Assembly (NCBI GenBank): GCA_963666975.2
Contig: CAXVYR010000004.1
Span: 32,001-96,000, forward strand
Direction of reading: 5' to 3'
Source: Terriglobia bacterium
Lineage (GTDB): Bacteria > Acidobacteriota > Terriglobia > 2-12-FULL-54-10
Length of the DNA: 64,000 bases
The notes below the pieces were generated by a model, which saw only the letters and a list, made by a program, of their open reading frames with translations, was not told the DNA's origin and did no database searches. The stretch's first letter is position 1. Each line of letters starts with the position of its first letter. A program made the translations under genes and the position numbers. Below, piece by piece: positions 28,681 through 38,011 of this stretch.

Positions 28681-29427
28681 GTGGACATTACTGCGGAAAG
28701 AATTACAACGGCGGAGGGCGTAGGAGGATACCTGGCCTATCCGAGCGGCCAGAAATCCCCGGCTGTTCTGGTGCACTTTGAAATCTTTGGGGTGAACAGT
28801 CACATCGAAGACGTATGCCGGCGGATCGCCGGGGCGGGCTACGCGGCGCTGGCTCCGGACTATTACCATCGCCTGGAGACCAAAACCGCGCCCTATTCGG
28901 ATTTGCAAGGTGCCTTTCAACTGGCGGGCACTCTGAAGGATGCGGAGATGATGGCCGACGCCGGCAGTTGCATCGGCTACCTGCGTTCCAAGGATTTTGT
29001 GAACGCCGACGCCATCGCCACACTGGGGTTCTGCATGGGAGGGCGCGTCTCAATCCTGACGGCGGCGACTCACGCGCAATTCATCTCGGCTGCGGTCTCC
29101 TTCTACGGCGGGGGGCTGGCGGGCGAGAACCGCATGGGCGGCCATACGCTCAATCCGATGGAAGAGGCCGCCAAGGTCCAGTCGCCCCTCCTTTTGGTTT
29201 ATGCGGAAAAGGACCAGTTCATCAAGCCCGAGCACGTGGAGGCCTTCACCGGCAAACTGAAAGAGCTGGGAAAAAACTTCCAGAGCAAGGTTTACTCCGG
29301 GGCGGGCCACGGCTTCTTCTGCAACGAACGGCCATCGCATCATGAGGAGGCATCCAAGGACGCCTGGCAGCGGACGCTGGATTTTCTGGAAGCGAACCTC
29401 AAGAAAGCCAAAGCTACGGCGGGGTAG
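28681..29427 (+). CDS. Dienelactone hydrolase family protein
   Basis: EIFG, GFCMGG nucleophile elbow, AGHGF. Confidence 0.93.
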   Translation: MDITAERITTAEGVGGYLAYPSGQKSPAVLVHFEIFGVNSHIEDVCRRIAGAGYAALAPDYYHRLETKTAPYSDLQGAFQLAGTLKDAEMMADAGSCIGYLRSKDFVNADAIATLGFCMGGRVSILTAATHAQFISAAVSFYGGGLAGENRMGGHTLNPMEEAAKVQSPLLLVYAEKDQFIKPEHVEAFTGKLKELGKNFQSKVYSGAGHGFFCNERPSHHEEASKDAWQRTLDFLEANLKKAKATAG

Positions 29428-29468
29428 CTGGGGCCTTTACAGCATTTCCCCAGTTGTTATAGACCGTG

Positions 29469-29555
29469 TCCGAGCCGCGACAGTGATGGAGCGGTTCCAA
29501 AAATGACTCAATCGACCAGCGTTTGGTGACCGCTTGCTTACGCGCGCGGCTCGGA
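29469..29555. repeat. REP-like inverted pair (family A)
   Basis: TCCGAGCCGCGACAGTGATGGAGCGGT...ACCGCTTGCTTACGCGCGCGGCTCGGA between convergent genes. Confidence 0.85.
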
Positions 29556-29601
29556 TGGGCTTGGCTTCCGGTGAACCGTGTACAACATCCCGAGAACCGC
29601 T

Positions 29602-30168
29602 CTATCCGAACCGCGCCAGCCCCACCAGCAGGATGGCGGCCACAACGCCTGCTCCCACATCGTCGGCCAAGACTCCCCATGCGCCCTTCATGTGTCCCAG
29701 CTTCCAAATCGGATAGGGTTTAATGGCGTCAAAAGCGCGGAAGAGCACGAACCCGGCCACGACCGCAACCCAGTAGGGAATAGCTCCCCAGACGACCCAG
29801 GAGAGTGGGAACAATGTAATCAATTGCCCGGCCACCTCATCCAGCACAATCTGGGCGGGGTCTTCCGTTGTAAAGCTTCGCAGAGCAACCGCAATAATCA
29901 ACAAAGAGGCTGCTGTAATTGCCAGGGTAACCAGTCCCAGAAATAAGCCAGGGTAAGGCAGTCTGGATGCCAGGGCCGCCAGGCCCAGATACAAGACCAC
30001 GCCCAAAGCCGATCCGTAGGTTCCCGGCATGACGGGGAGATATCCCAGGCCCCCTCCGGTGGCAAACCAGACGGCGACGTCGCGGCCCCTACCCGCCGTT
30101 TCTGCGGCGGCGGAGTGCGCCGTGGCTTCCGTATTGTGAGCCAGCCGAGGCGTGGATGTTTTTTTCAA
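29602..30168 (-). CDS. pgpA: Phosphatidylglycerophosphatase A
   Basis: PGTYGS, DPAQIVLDEVAG, FRAFDAIKPYPI, LADDVGAG. Confidence 0.94.
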   Translation of the reverse strand: MKKTSTPRLAHNTEATAHSAAAETAGRGRDVAVWFATGGGLGYLPVMPGTYGSALGVVLYLGLAALASRLPYPGLFLGLVTLAITAASLLIIAVALRSFTTEDPAQIVLDEVAGQLITLFPLSWVVWGAIPYWVAVVAGFVLFRAFDAIKPYPIWKLGHMKGAWGVLADDVGAGVVAAILLVGLARFG

Positions 30169-30172
30169 TTCG

Positions 30173-31477
30173 TTACTGGAGGACTTCGTAGATCAGAGAA
30201 CGGGTCTCCGGCGGCGCGGAAGAGATGTGGAAGGCGTCTTCTACCATCTGAGTGGCTTCTTCCAGATGGGTCTCCTCGTTGTAGTAGATCGAGCAAAGCC
30301 GTTCGCCAACCTGGATTCGGTCGCCGACTTTATGCTCCAGGACGATTCCGACGGCGAGGTCAATCTCCGAATCCATCTTCGCCCGGCCCGCCCCCATCAA
30401 CATGGCGGCCTGGCCGATGTCATCGGCGCAGATGCGGGAGATATACCCGGCCCGCGGCGAGGAGATGTCGAATTCCGCCGACGCGTTGGGCAGCAACTCA
30501 AATTTGTCCACCGCCGTGGGGTCGCCGCCCTGCACCTCGATCAGTTGGCGGAACTTCTTGAGTGCCGACCCGTCGCTTAGCAGTTTGAAGGCCTGGTCTT
30601 TGGCGCTTTCCACGGTGCGGCCCGGCTCGGCCAAGGCAATCATGCGCGCGGCCAACTCCAGGGAGAGTTCCACCAAGTCCGTGGGGCCTCCGCCCCTCAT
30701 CGCTTCGATTGCTTCCATCACCTCCAGCGCGTTGCCAACCGCGTTGCCGAGCGGCTGGTCCATGTCGGTGATGACGCTGACCGCCTTTTTGTTCATGCGC
30801 TTGGCGATGGTGACCAGCAACTGGGCAAGCCGCCGCGAGTCGGCCATCTTCTCCGTCAGCGCGCCGGCCCCGGTTTTCACATCCAGCACCATCCCTTCCA
30901 CTCCTTCCGCCAGCTTCTTGGAAAGAATGGAGGCGGCGATCAAGGGGATGCTCTCCCCGGTCCCGGAGGCATTCCGCAGGGAGTCCAGTTTTTTATCGGC
31001 GGGGACAAGCTCATCGGTTTGTCCAATCATCGCCAGGCCCGCGTTGCGCAGCACGGCCTTGAATTCTCTGGGATTCAGGCGGGCGTTGAAGCCGGGGATG
31101 GACTCCAGCTTGTCGAGCGTTCCGCCGGCGTGGGCCAGTCCGCGGCCAACGATCATCGGCACCGTAATGCCGGCGGCCGCGACCAGCGGCCCGACGATCA
31201 AGCTCGTCTTGTCGCCTACTCCGCCCGTGGAGTGTTTACCGACCTTTTTACCCTCCAGATCGCTCAGGTCCAACGGCGGGACCATCGCCGACATGCTTTC
31301 GGTCCAATCGACCAGCTCCGCGTCGGAAAGGCCGTTGAAAAAGACAGCCATCAGGAGCGAGGAGGCCTGGTAGTCGGGAATTCCCCCCCGAGTGTATCCC
31401 TGAAGGAAAAAGTCAATCTCTTCCCTGGAGAATTCATCTCTATCGCGTTTTCTTTGGATCAGATCAATGACTCGCAT
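30173..31477 (-). CDS. pdp: Thymidine/pyrimidine-nucleoside phosphorylase family protein
   Basis: KHSTGGVGDK, GGTLDKLESIPG, ASILSKK, GNALEV; start ATG 31477. Confidence 0.9.
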   Translation of the reverse strand: MRVIDLIQRKRDRDEFSREEIDFFLQGYTRGGIPDYQASSLLMAVFFNGLSDAELVDWTESMSAMVPPLDLSDLEGKKVGKHSTGGVGDKTSLIVGPLVAAAGITVPMIVGRGLAHAGGTLDKLESIPGFNARLNPREFKAVLRNAGLAMIGQTDELVPADKKLDSLRNASGTGESIPLIAASILSKKLAEGVEGMVLDVKTGAGALTEKMADSRRLAQLLVTIAKRMNKKAVSVITDMDQPLGNAVGNALEVMEAIEAMRGGGPTDLVELSLELAARMIALAEPGRTVESAKDQAFKLLSDGSALKKFRQLIEVQGGDPTAVDKFELLPNASAEFDISSPRAGYISRICADDIGQAAMLMGAGRAKMDSEIDLAVGIVLEHKVGDRIQVGERLCSIYYNEETHLEEATQMVEDAFHISSAPPETRSLIYEVLQ

Positions 31478-31887
31478 GAGAATCCATCGGGGTCTGGCTG
31501 GCCCCGTTGCTGAATAAAATTTCCTTCCAGTGCTGCAATCCAGGGCCATGAGGCGGGGCTGGCTCACAGATGAAACAGGGTTATTTCCGGTCTGCAGCCC
31601 ACTCGAACCGGCTGCCAGGCCCGGCGAAGGCGGCTCTATCTAAAAAAATACGGAATCGGAACGCGAACATCCCGTTCCGGCAAGATTTTCCAAAATCTGG
31701 AAACCCTGCTATTCCTCAAGAAACGTGGCACAGACTATCATTGCCCGCTCCGAAATGCAAAGGGATTCGTAAGGGCGGATGACTAAACCGCTAAAATTAG
31801 GAAAAATCGCTCCCGGCTCGCCCGTCGCCGGCGGCGCTACTGTTCGATTCCCTGCAAGAGCCGTCTGCGCAGCAGACGCCGGTAATT

Positions 31888-33282
31888 TTATTCTTGCGGC
31901 GGGTCCTGAGACTTGTTCGGATCAGCCTGTTCGCGCGAGCCAGCCTGCGGTCCGGCCTGCAAGGGTCCCGGATCGGGGGTCTCTGCCAGCAACTCGAAGT
32001 TGTGCGCTTTGGCTTCCGCTGCCAGCTCCTGCAGAAGCTCCTGTCCCTGGTGTTCCTCCTCGGTCTCAAAGAGAATTTCAATGTCAGCCAAATCAGAAAC
32101 CATAGCGCTGCTTCTCCAGGAGCGGCGCAGGTCCAGCACCGTAGCGCGCTTGCGCCGCAGGACATCCATAATATAGGCCAGTTGTCCCGGCTCGTCTTTG
32201 ACGCGCACCGACAGCGCCCGCGCGCGGCGCTTGTCAGCCAGGCTGCGCTCCAGCACGCGCTGCAAGGTGAGGCTGTCGATGTTCCCTCCGGTTACCAGCG
32301 CCACGACCCGCGCCCCCGGCTCTACGCCGGCCTCCCGCATCTGCCGCCGGACGGCAGGGTCGAGCAGCGCGGAGACCGCCAGGGCCCCGGCGCCTTCGGC
32401 CACCAGCTTGGCTTGCTCCACCAGAAAAAGAATGCCCTGGTAAATCTGGGCGTCAGAGATGCTGACCGAGGCGTCCACCAGGTCCCGCGTGATCTGCCAG
32501 CAGAGCAGCCCCGGCTGGCGGACGCGGACGCCGTCGGCCACGGTCTCCTGCGTGGGGACGTCCAAAGGCAACGGCTCGGAGGCTCCGTCCCGGAGGGCTT
32601 TCCAGCTTTGGACGTAGGCCGGCGCGCAGGCGCTCTGCACGGCGATGATCTTGATTTGCGGCAGGCGTTGTTTCAGCACGCTGGCAACCCCCGCCAGCAA
32701 GCCGCCTCCTCCCACCGGCACCAGAACCGCGTCCGGGGGGTGGTCGGTCATCTCCTCCAGCAGTTCCCAGGCGAGCGTGCCCTGGCCGGTGATGACCTCC
32801 ATGTCGTCAAAAGGCGAGATGAATTCGCGGCCCTGTTCCGGGGCGTACTGGAGGGCGAAGGCCAGGGCGTCGTCAAAGCAGCTTCCCTCCAGGATCAGCC
32901 GCGCGCCGTAGCGTTCCGTGGCGCGGCGCTTGGGCAGCGGAGCACGCTCCGGCATCACGATTACGCAGTCCATGCCCAGTTGCCGGGAGGCGTAAGCCAC
33001 GCCTTGGGAATGATTACCGGCGCTGGCGGCCACCACCCGGCGGGTCCGTCCTTCTTCCTGCAGGCAATGGAGCTTGTGGTAGGCTCCGCGGATTTTGTAA
33101 GCGCCCGTGCGTTGCAGGTTCTCCGGCTTCAGCCAAACACGGTAGCCGCTCAACTCTTCCAGCGCCGGTGAGCGTACCAGAGGCGTAGGCCACAGCGCGG
33201 GCCGGAGTATCTTCCATGCTTCGGCTACTTTCTCGAGCGGCACGCTCTGTTTGGACGACACGGTACTGGAAGGGCTTTCCAT
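31888..33282 (-). CDS. ilvA: Threonine ammonia-lyase with C-terminal ACT domain
   Basis: ENLQRTGAYKIRGA, ASAGNHSQG, VPVGGGGL, TGGNID. Confidence 0.93.
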   Translation of the reverse strand: MESPSSTVSSKQSVPLEKVAEAWKILRPALWPTPLVRSPALEELSGYRVWLKPENLQRTGAYKIRGAYHKLHCLQEEGRTRRVVAASAGNHSQGVAYASRQLGMDCVIVMPERAPLPKRRATERYGARLILEGSCFDDALAFALQYAPEQGREFISPFDDMEVITGQGTLAWELLEEMTDHPPDAVLVPVGGGGLLAGVASVLKQRLPQIKIIAVQSACAPAYVQSWKALRDGASEPLPLDVPTQETVADGVRVRQPGLLCWQITRDLVDASVSISDAQIYQGILFLVEQAKLVAEGAGALAVSALLDPAVRRQMREAGVEPGARVVALVTGGNIDSLTLQRVLERSLADKRRARALSVRVKDEPGQLAYIMDVLRRKRATVLDLRRSWRSSAMVSDLADIEILFETEEEHQGQELLQELAAEAKAHNFELLAETPDPGPLQAGPQAGSREQADPNKSQDPPQE

Positions 33283-33675
33283 TTCCCCATACGCTCACTC
33301 AAGTTCCCAGATGCAACCCAGATGTAACCTGGTCAGCCTCGGCCCGGTCCCCTGAAACCGGGCTAACTGTTGCAAACTGGCTTGTTAGAAGTGTCTCACG
33401 AGTGCCGCCCGGAAGGGTAGGGGTTTCTTGCCGGCATCGCTGCCGTGGGCCTTACGGCTCACTGTGCGGGAGCCTTTCCGCTTGCGAGGCTGCGAACTAC
33501 CGTATACAATTCGGCCTTCCATAATCCGCCATCTGTTATCCGGCGCTCGTCGCTCAGCTAACATGTTATCTCCAAGACTTAAAGAGGAAGTCCGGCGGTG
33601 CGAGTAGCTGCGCAAGACCGATTCCGCAAAGCTGATTCCGCATAACTGATTCTACGGTGCAGTGAACTGATTCCC

Positions 33676-34443
33676 ATGACTCGTGAGCAAATAGAAGACA
33701 CCATCGCGCGGCTCGGTTCCTGGTTCTATCCGTTTGACTTCGGCGACGGCCTGCGGACCACCTCCGCCATCCCGCAGGCGGTGACGGCGATCTTCGAGAC
33801 GCGCTTGCAGATGGTGAACGGGGTGATCGACAGCCATTTCGGATCGAGGTTGCCGGGAGTGTCCTGTATCGATATCGGCTGCCACGAGGGCTTCTACGCG
33901 ATAGCGATGGCCAAGAAGGGGATCGGGCGGGTAGTCGGACTCGACATGAGGGAGAACAATCTGCAGAAGGCGCGGTTCGTGGCCGAGACGCTCGGGTTCC
34001 CTCAAATCTCCTTCCGGCAAGGCAATTGCGAGCGGCTGCCGGTGGAAGAGACCGGCCAATATGACCTGACCCTTTTTCTGGGCGTGCTTTACCACCTGGA
34101 GAACCCGATGCTCTGCCTGCGGAACGTCAGCGCCATCACCAAGGAGCTTTGCATTGTCGAGACGCAGGTGATCGACGAGGTGGAGGGAGAGACCGAATGG
34201 GGAGCGAGGGAGTGGACGCGGCCCTACCAGGGAGCGCTCGCGGCGGTCGATGAGTCCGGCGAGTTCTACGCCGACAACGCCGAGACGGGCGGCACCCCGC
34301 TGGCCCTGTGTCCCTCGCCGAAGGCGCTCGAGTTTATGCTGAAGCAGGCGGGTTTCCGGAGGACCGAGATTGTGCCGCCTCCGCCCGGAGCCTACGAACA
34401 GCACCAGCGCGGCAAGCGCGTCGTCTGCGCCGCGTATAAGTGA
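33676..34443 (+). CDS. Class I SAM-dependent methyltransferase (CmoB/DUF1698-like)
   Basis: IDIGCHEG, FLGVLYHLENP. Confidence 0.85.
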   Translation: MTREQIEDTIARLGSWFYPFDFGDGLRTTSAIPQAVTAIFETRLQMVNGVIDSHFGSRLPGVSCIDIGCHEGFYAIAMAKKGIGRVVGLDMRENNLQKARFVAETLGFPQISFRQGNCERLPVEETGQYDLTLFLGVLYHLENPMLCLRNVSAITKELCIVETQVIDEVEGETEWGAREWTRPYQGALAAVDESGEFYADNAETGGTPLALCPSPKALEFMLKQAGFRRTEIVPPPPGAYEQHQRGKRVVCAAYK

Positions 34444-34510
34444 ACCGGCTCACTGGCAGCCACAAGGCGCTTGCAGGTAAGGGCAGAAAGTTTAGGCAAC
34501 CGCTAAATAC

Positions 34511-34537
34511 CCGCTTGCTTACGCGCGCGGGCTCGGA
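34511..34537. repeat. Single arm of REP family A
   Basis: CCGCTTGCTTACGCGCGCGGGCTCGGA between convergent genes. Confidence 0.75.
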
Positions 34538-34602
34538 TTGGCTGTGCGAACCCAAGGAAAATGGGAAGGGCCAGTTTGCAGCGGATCCGGCGAGAAAGAG
34601 TC

Positions 34603-34938
34603 CTAAAAAATCCCGGCGTCCAGCAACTGGTAGATCATTCCTTCCAGGTCCTTGTCCACCTTGCCGGTCAGCGGCGTGACGGTCTCCCCCTGTTTCAGGT
34701 GTTTCTCCACGATTTCGTCGGCGTCTTTTTCCTGGACGCCGCCGTACCACACCTTGTCCGGGTAGACCACCACATTGGGGCCTTCGTGGCAGCCGCCGAA
34801 GCACATGTAGGAGCGCAACTCCACGTCGCCGCAGCCGTCCTCTTGGAGGTGATGCTGGAGCCGGTCCATCACTTTTCCGGCCCCGCGAGCCCGGCAATCG
34901 ACGTTCATGCAGACGAAGACATATCTCTTGTCAGCCAA
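34603..34938 (-). CDS. Thioredoxin-like [2Fe-2S] ferredoxin
   Basis: C-x4-C and CFGGC, GPNVVVYPDKVWY. Confidence 0.9.
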   Translation of the reverse strand: MADKRYVFVCMNVDCRARGAGKVMDRLQHHLQEDGCGDVELRSYMCFGGCHEGPNVVVYPDKVWYGGVQEKDADEIVEKHLKQGETVTPLTGKVDKDLEGMIYQLLDAGIF

Positions 34939-34958
34939 AAACTACCTCTGCTGGAAAC

Positions 34959-36083
34959 CTACATTTTCTGTTTGGGGTCTATGATCCAGCCTTTTTCCTT
35001 CTCCATGCCGATCAAGAACTCGTCGTCGGCGTCGGTCGGAAGAATTTCAAGCAGGTGCTTATCATACTGTTCCTGCGAGAGCAACTCGCCGGTCACGCTG
35101 TAGGTCTTGCCGGCGTACTCCCCAATGCTTCTGTGAAACTTCTCGTCGGGCATCCGCAGCTTCGGCTGGCCTTCGGGGACGTTCTTGTTGAGCGAGTCCA
35201 CGATAGCGCCCACTTCTTTCAAGTACTGGGAGCGGGACAGCTCGTTCAGCTTGCCCATATCGGGCGCACCGTCAAACAGATGCTCGTCGTAGCGGCCTTT
35301 TAATCCCCACTCGTAGGCCCAGTGCGCCGAAGAGGAGCCGTCCTGGCCGAACAGGTCGGCGCCGGTCGAGAGCCACTTGTCGAAGTACTTCTGAATAAGG
35401 GACATGGGAATCTTTCCGGCTTTCACGATGCGCATCAGGCCCGTATTGCCGGTCAGCAGGTGGAAGGCTTCCTCCTGCAGCATGGGCCGCATGCTGCGCG
35501 CCAGCGGCGCAAAGGCGCTGCGGCTGAGCATGTTGAGCTGGTACTTGCCGTCGCGGTCAATAAAATCCGTGTAGGTGAAAAAATCCAGCCAGCAACGGAC
35601 CGGCTCATTGAAAGCGCCGAGCAGGCGCGAGTGGGTCGAAGCCCGCCGCTCCAGCAGCCTCTCGGCCTGCTTTTTGCCCGAGTCCCCAAAGTGGGTCACC
35701 AGCACGTAGGCCATCTGCCATCCGTGCCGCATCTCCTCCCGGTTGACCCGGATCACGCTTTCCAGGTCATACTGGGTCGGGGCCCTTTCGAGCAGGTTCT
35801 TTTGCTGCTCGACGGAGGCAAACTCGGTGTCTCCCTGAAACTCGATCAGGTGCGCCAGGGCGTCGCGAATCCGCTGGTCCGGGACGTCGAGCAACTTCTC
35901 CCATTTCGGCTTGCCGGCAAAGTGCCCGAACTCAATTTCGTCGCTCTCCAGCTCTCCCAGCTTCGTCTCAAATTTGTAATCCTCTCCAATCAGCTTGGTC
36001 GGATAACCGATGTCGTCGCGCCACTGGTGAAAAACATCCACCCAGTCATCAAAGTTGCGCAGCTTGGATCCCTTAACTGCCAT
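34959..36083 (-). CDS. boxB: Di-iron aromatic-CoA epoxidase, BoxB/PaaA family
   Basis: QGDTEFASVEQQ, EEMRHG, DRDGKYQL, EEAFH; RBS GAGGAG before ATG 36083. Confidence 0.8.
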   Translation of the reverse strand: MAVKGSKLRNFDDWVDVFHQWRDDIGYPTKLIGEDYKFETKLGELESDEIEFGHFAGKPKWEKLLDVPDQRIRDALAHLIEFQGDTEFASVEQQKNLLERAPTQYDLESVIRVNREEMRHGWQMAYVLVTHFGDSGKKQAERLLERRASTHSRLLGAFNEPVRCWLDFFTYTDFIDRDGKYQLNMLSRSAFAPLARSMRPMLQEEAFHLLTGNTGLMRIVKAGKIPMSLIQKYFDKWLSTGADLFGQDGSSSAHWAYEWGLKGRYDEHLFDGAPDMGKLNELSRSQYLKEVGAIVDSLNKNVPEGQPKLRMPDEKFHRSIGEYAGKTYSVTGELLSQEQYDKHLLEILPTDADDEFLIGMEKEKGWIIDPKQKM

Positions 36084-36207
36084 TGCCTTACTCCTCACCC
36101 GGGCTGTACCCGGCGTCTTTATTGGGATAGCCGATCTTTATCGCTCGCTTAAAATTCGCTTCTCTCCGGCTGGAACCCTCTTGTATTGCCTGCCAGCCGA
36201 CCGCCAT

Positions 36208-36256
36208 GTTGCATTTTATTGCTCTGTACTTTTTATTGCAACTGAAATATAATGCA
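36208..36256. promoter_or_regulatory. Putative BzdR/BoxR operator (TGCA repeats)
   Basis: TGCA-N6-TGCT, TGCA, TGAA-N6-TGCA in the AT-rich divergent spacer; BzdR-family operators carry TGCA repeats. Confidence 0.6.
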
Positions 36257-37149
36257 TGACAGGAGGCCTCGTGGACGAGCACGAAAAGGACGGGTTTCTG
36301 GAAGCCATGGGCCGGCGAATCCGCAGCTTGCGGATGATGACTGGCAGGAACATCCAGGAACTGGCTCAACTTTCCGCCATCTCGCCGAGGTTCTTGTCGG
36401 AGATTGAGGCCGGACGGGGCAACGTTTCCATTGCCCGGCTGGCGCAAATTGCCGGTGCGCTGGAACAACCCCTGGCAAACCTGATTCCGGCGGCAACCGA
36501 CGACACTTCCCTGCGCGGAAGGGTGGTGAAGCTGCTCGACAACTGCTCGCCGGAAAAGTTGGAGGAGTTGTCCGCATGGCTTTCCGAGCGCACCCGTGAG
36601 CCGGCACCTCGCAGCATTGCTCTGGTGGGAGTCCGGGGAGCGGGCAAGTCCACCATCGGCAAGCTGCTGGCTTCCCGGTTAGGCGTTCCCTTCATTGAAT
36701 TCGGCGCGATGATCGAGAAGACGGCCGGAATTTCCCTGGTGGAGCTTTTCGAGCTTCATGGCGAAAACTACTACCGGAAGCTGGAAAAAGAGGTCTTGTC
36801 AAAGTTCCTGGCTCACTCCTCCCGTGTGGTGCTGGCGACCGGCGGTTCTCTGGTGACGGACCGCGAGACCTGGGCGATGGTCAAACGGCAATGCCACACC
36901 ATATGGCTGAAGGCCAAGGCCAAGGATCACTGGAACCGCGTGGTGGCTCAGGGCGACATGCGTCCGATGGTGAACAACCCTTCGGCCATGGATGAGTTGC
37001 GGGCGTTGCTGCGGTCGCGAGAACCTCTGTATGCAGAAGCCGAACTGGTGATCGACACCTCCAGGCATTCTGTTAAAGATAGCGTAGCGCTGATTGCGAA
37101 GCAGCTCCGCAACGAGAAAAGCTCTGACGCCGGGAGCGCCGGCAATTAA
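36256..37149 (+). CDS. BzdR/BoxR-type regulator (XRE HTH plus shikimate-kinase-like benzoyl-CoA sensor)
   Basis: N-terminal HTH, GVRGAGKSTIG, HWNRVVAQGDMRPM; divergent from boxB. Confidence 0.9.
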   Translation: MTGGLVDEHEKDGFLEAMGRRIRSLRMMTGRNIQELAQLSAISPRFLSEIEAGRGNVSIARLAQIAGALEQPLANLIPAATDDTSLRGRVVKLLDNCSPEKLEELSAWLSERTREPAPRSIALVGVRGAGKSTIGKLLASRLGVPFIEFGAMIEKTAGISLVELFELHGENYYRKLEKEVLSKFLAHSSRVVLATGGSLVTDRETWAMVKRQCHTIWLKAKAKDHWNRVVAQGDMRPMVNNPSAMDELRALLRSREPLYAEAELVIDTSRHSVKDSVALIAKQLRNEKSSDAGSAGN

Positions 37150-37165
37150 CGCCGGCGTGGCCGGT

Positions 37166-38011
37166 TTATTGTTGCGGAAAGCGGGAGGCATCGGGAGAAT
37201 TTCCAGCTTCGAGCGCATATTTTCCCCGCCAATTGTTCCATCGAATCCTCAGGAGGTCCAGAAACATCCGCACGCTGTCCCGCAGCATGTGCACCGTGCT
37301 GCCCTCGCTATGCGCCCAGTGGACGGGAACCTCCAGAACGCGATACCCGTATTTCCGCGCCAGGTAGAGAACCTCTACGTCAAACCCGAAGCCGGAAATC
37401 CGCTGGCGGGCAAAGATGGTCTCGGCTGCCTGGCGGCGGAAGGCCTTGAAGCCGCACTGCGTATCCCGGAAATCGAGCCGGGCGATGCCGCGTGTCCAAA
37501 GGTTGAACAGCCTTCCGGCAGCTTCCCGAAAGCGGGACTGGCGCAGAGTGATCCACTCCGGCCGCAGCCCGCGAGAACCAAAGGCAACGTCATAACCATT
37601 CTTCAAGGGCTCCAGAAGCCGTTCCGCATCCGCGATGGGAGCAGAAAGGTCGGCATCGGTGAACAAAAGGTATTCCCCGCGCGCGTTCAGCATGCCGTTG
37701 CGCACGGCAGCTCCCTTCCCGCATTGGGCGGGATGGCGCAGCAGCCGCACCTCCGGCGCTTCCCGGCATATCCGCTGCACCATGTCGGCCGTATCGTCGG
37801 TGGAGCCATCATCCACCACCACCACCTCGAAAGGTTCCTCGCGCGACTGCAAAAGACTGAGCACTGCTTGCAGAGTGGAAGGAAGGCGGGCGGATTCGTT
37901 GTGAGCCGGGATCACCACGCTGAGAACAACCGCCGCAGAGCGTCCCGGCTCGCTGCCGGATCTGGCTGCCGCCGCTTCTGGCCGCGCCTCGTGATTTAAG
38001 CGTTCTCCCAT
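37166..38011 (-). CDS. GT2 glycosyltransferase (dolichyl-phosphate glucosyltransferase-like)
   Basis: VVIPAHNE, VDDGSTD, FTDAD, DTQCGFK. Confidence 0.92.
   Translation of the reverse strand: MGERLNHEARPEAAAARSGSEPGRSAAVVLSVVIPAHNESARLPSTLQAVLSLLQSREEPFEVVVVDDGSTDDTADMVQRICREAPEVRLLRHPAQCGKGAAVRNGMLNARGEYLLFTDADLSAPIADAERLLEPLKNGYDVAFGSRGLRPEWITLRQSRFREAAGRLFNLWTRGIARLDFRDTQCGFKAFRRQAAETIFARQRISGFGFDVEVLYLARKYGYRVLEVPVHWAHSEGSTVHMLRDSVRMFLDLLRIRWNNWRGKYALEAGNSPDASRFPQQ

Noticed and set aside
33580-33625. GAGGAAGTCCGG (RNase P-like) and GAGTAGC...GCAAGACC (yybP-ykoY-like)
   Set aside because: The remaining conserved elements are absent and the space is too short
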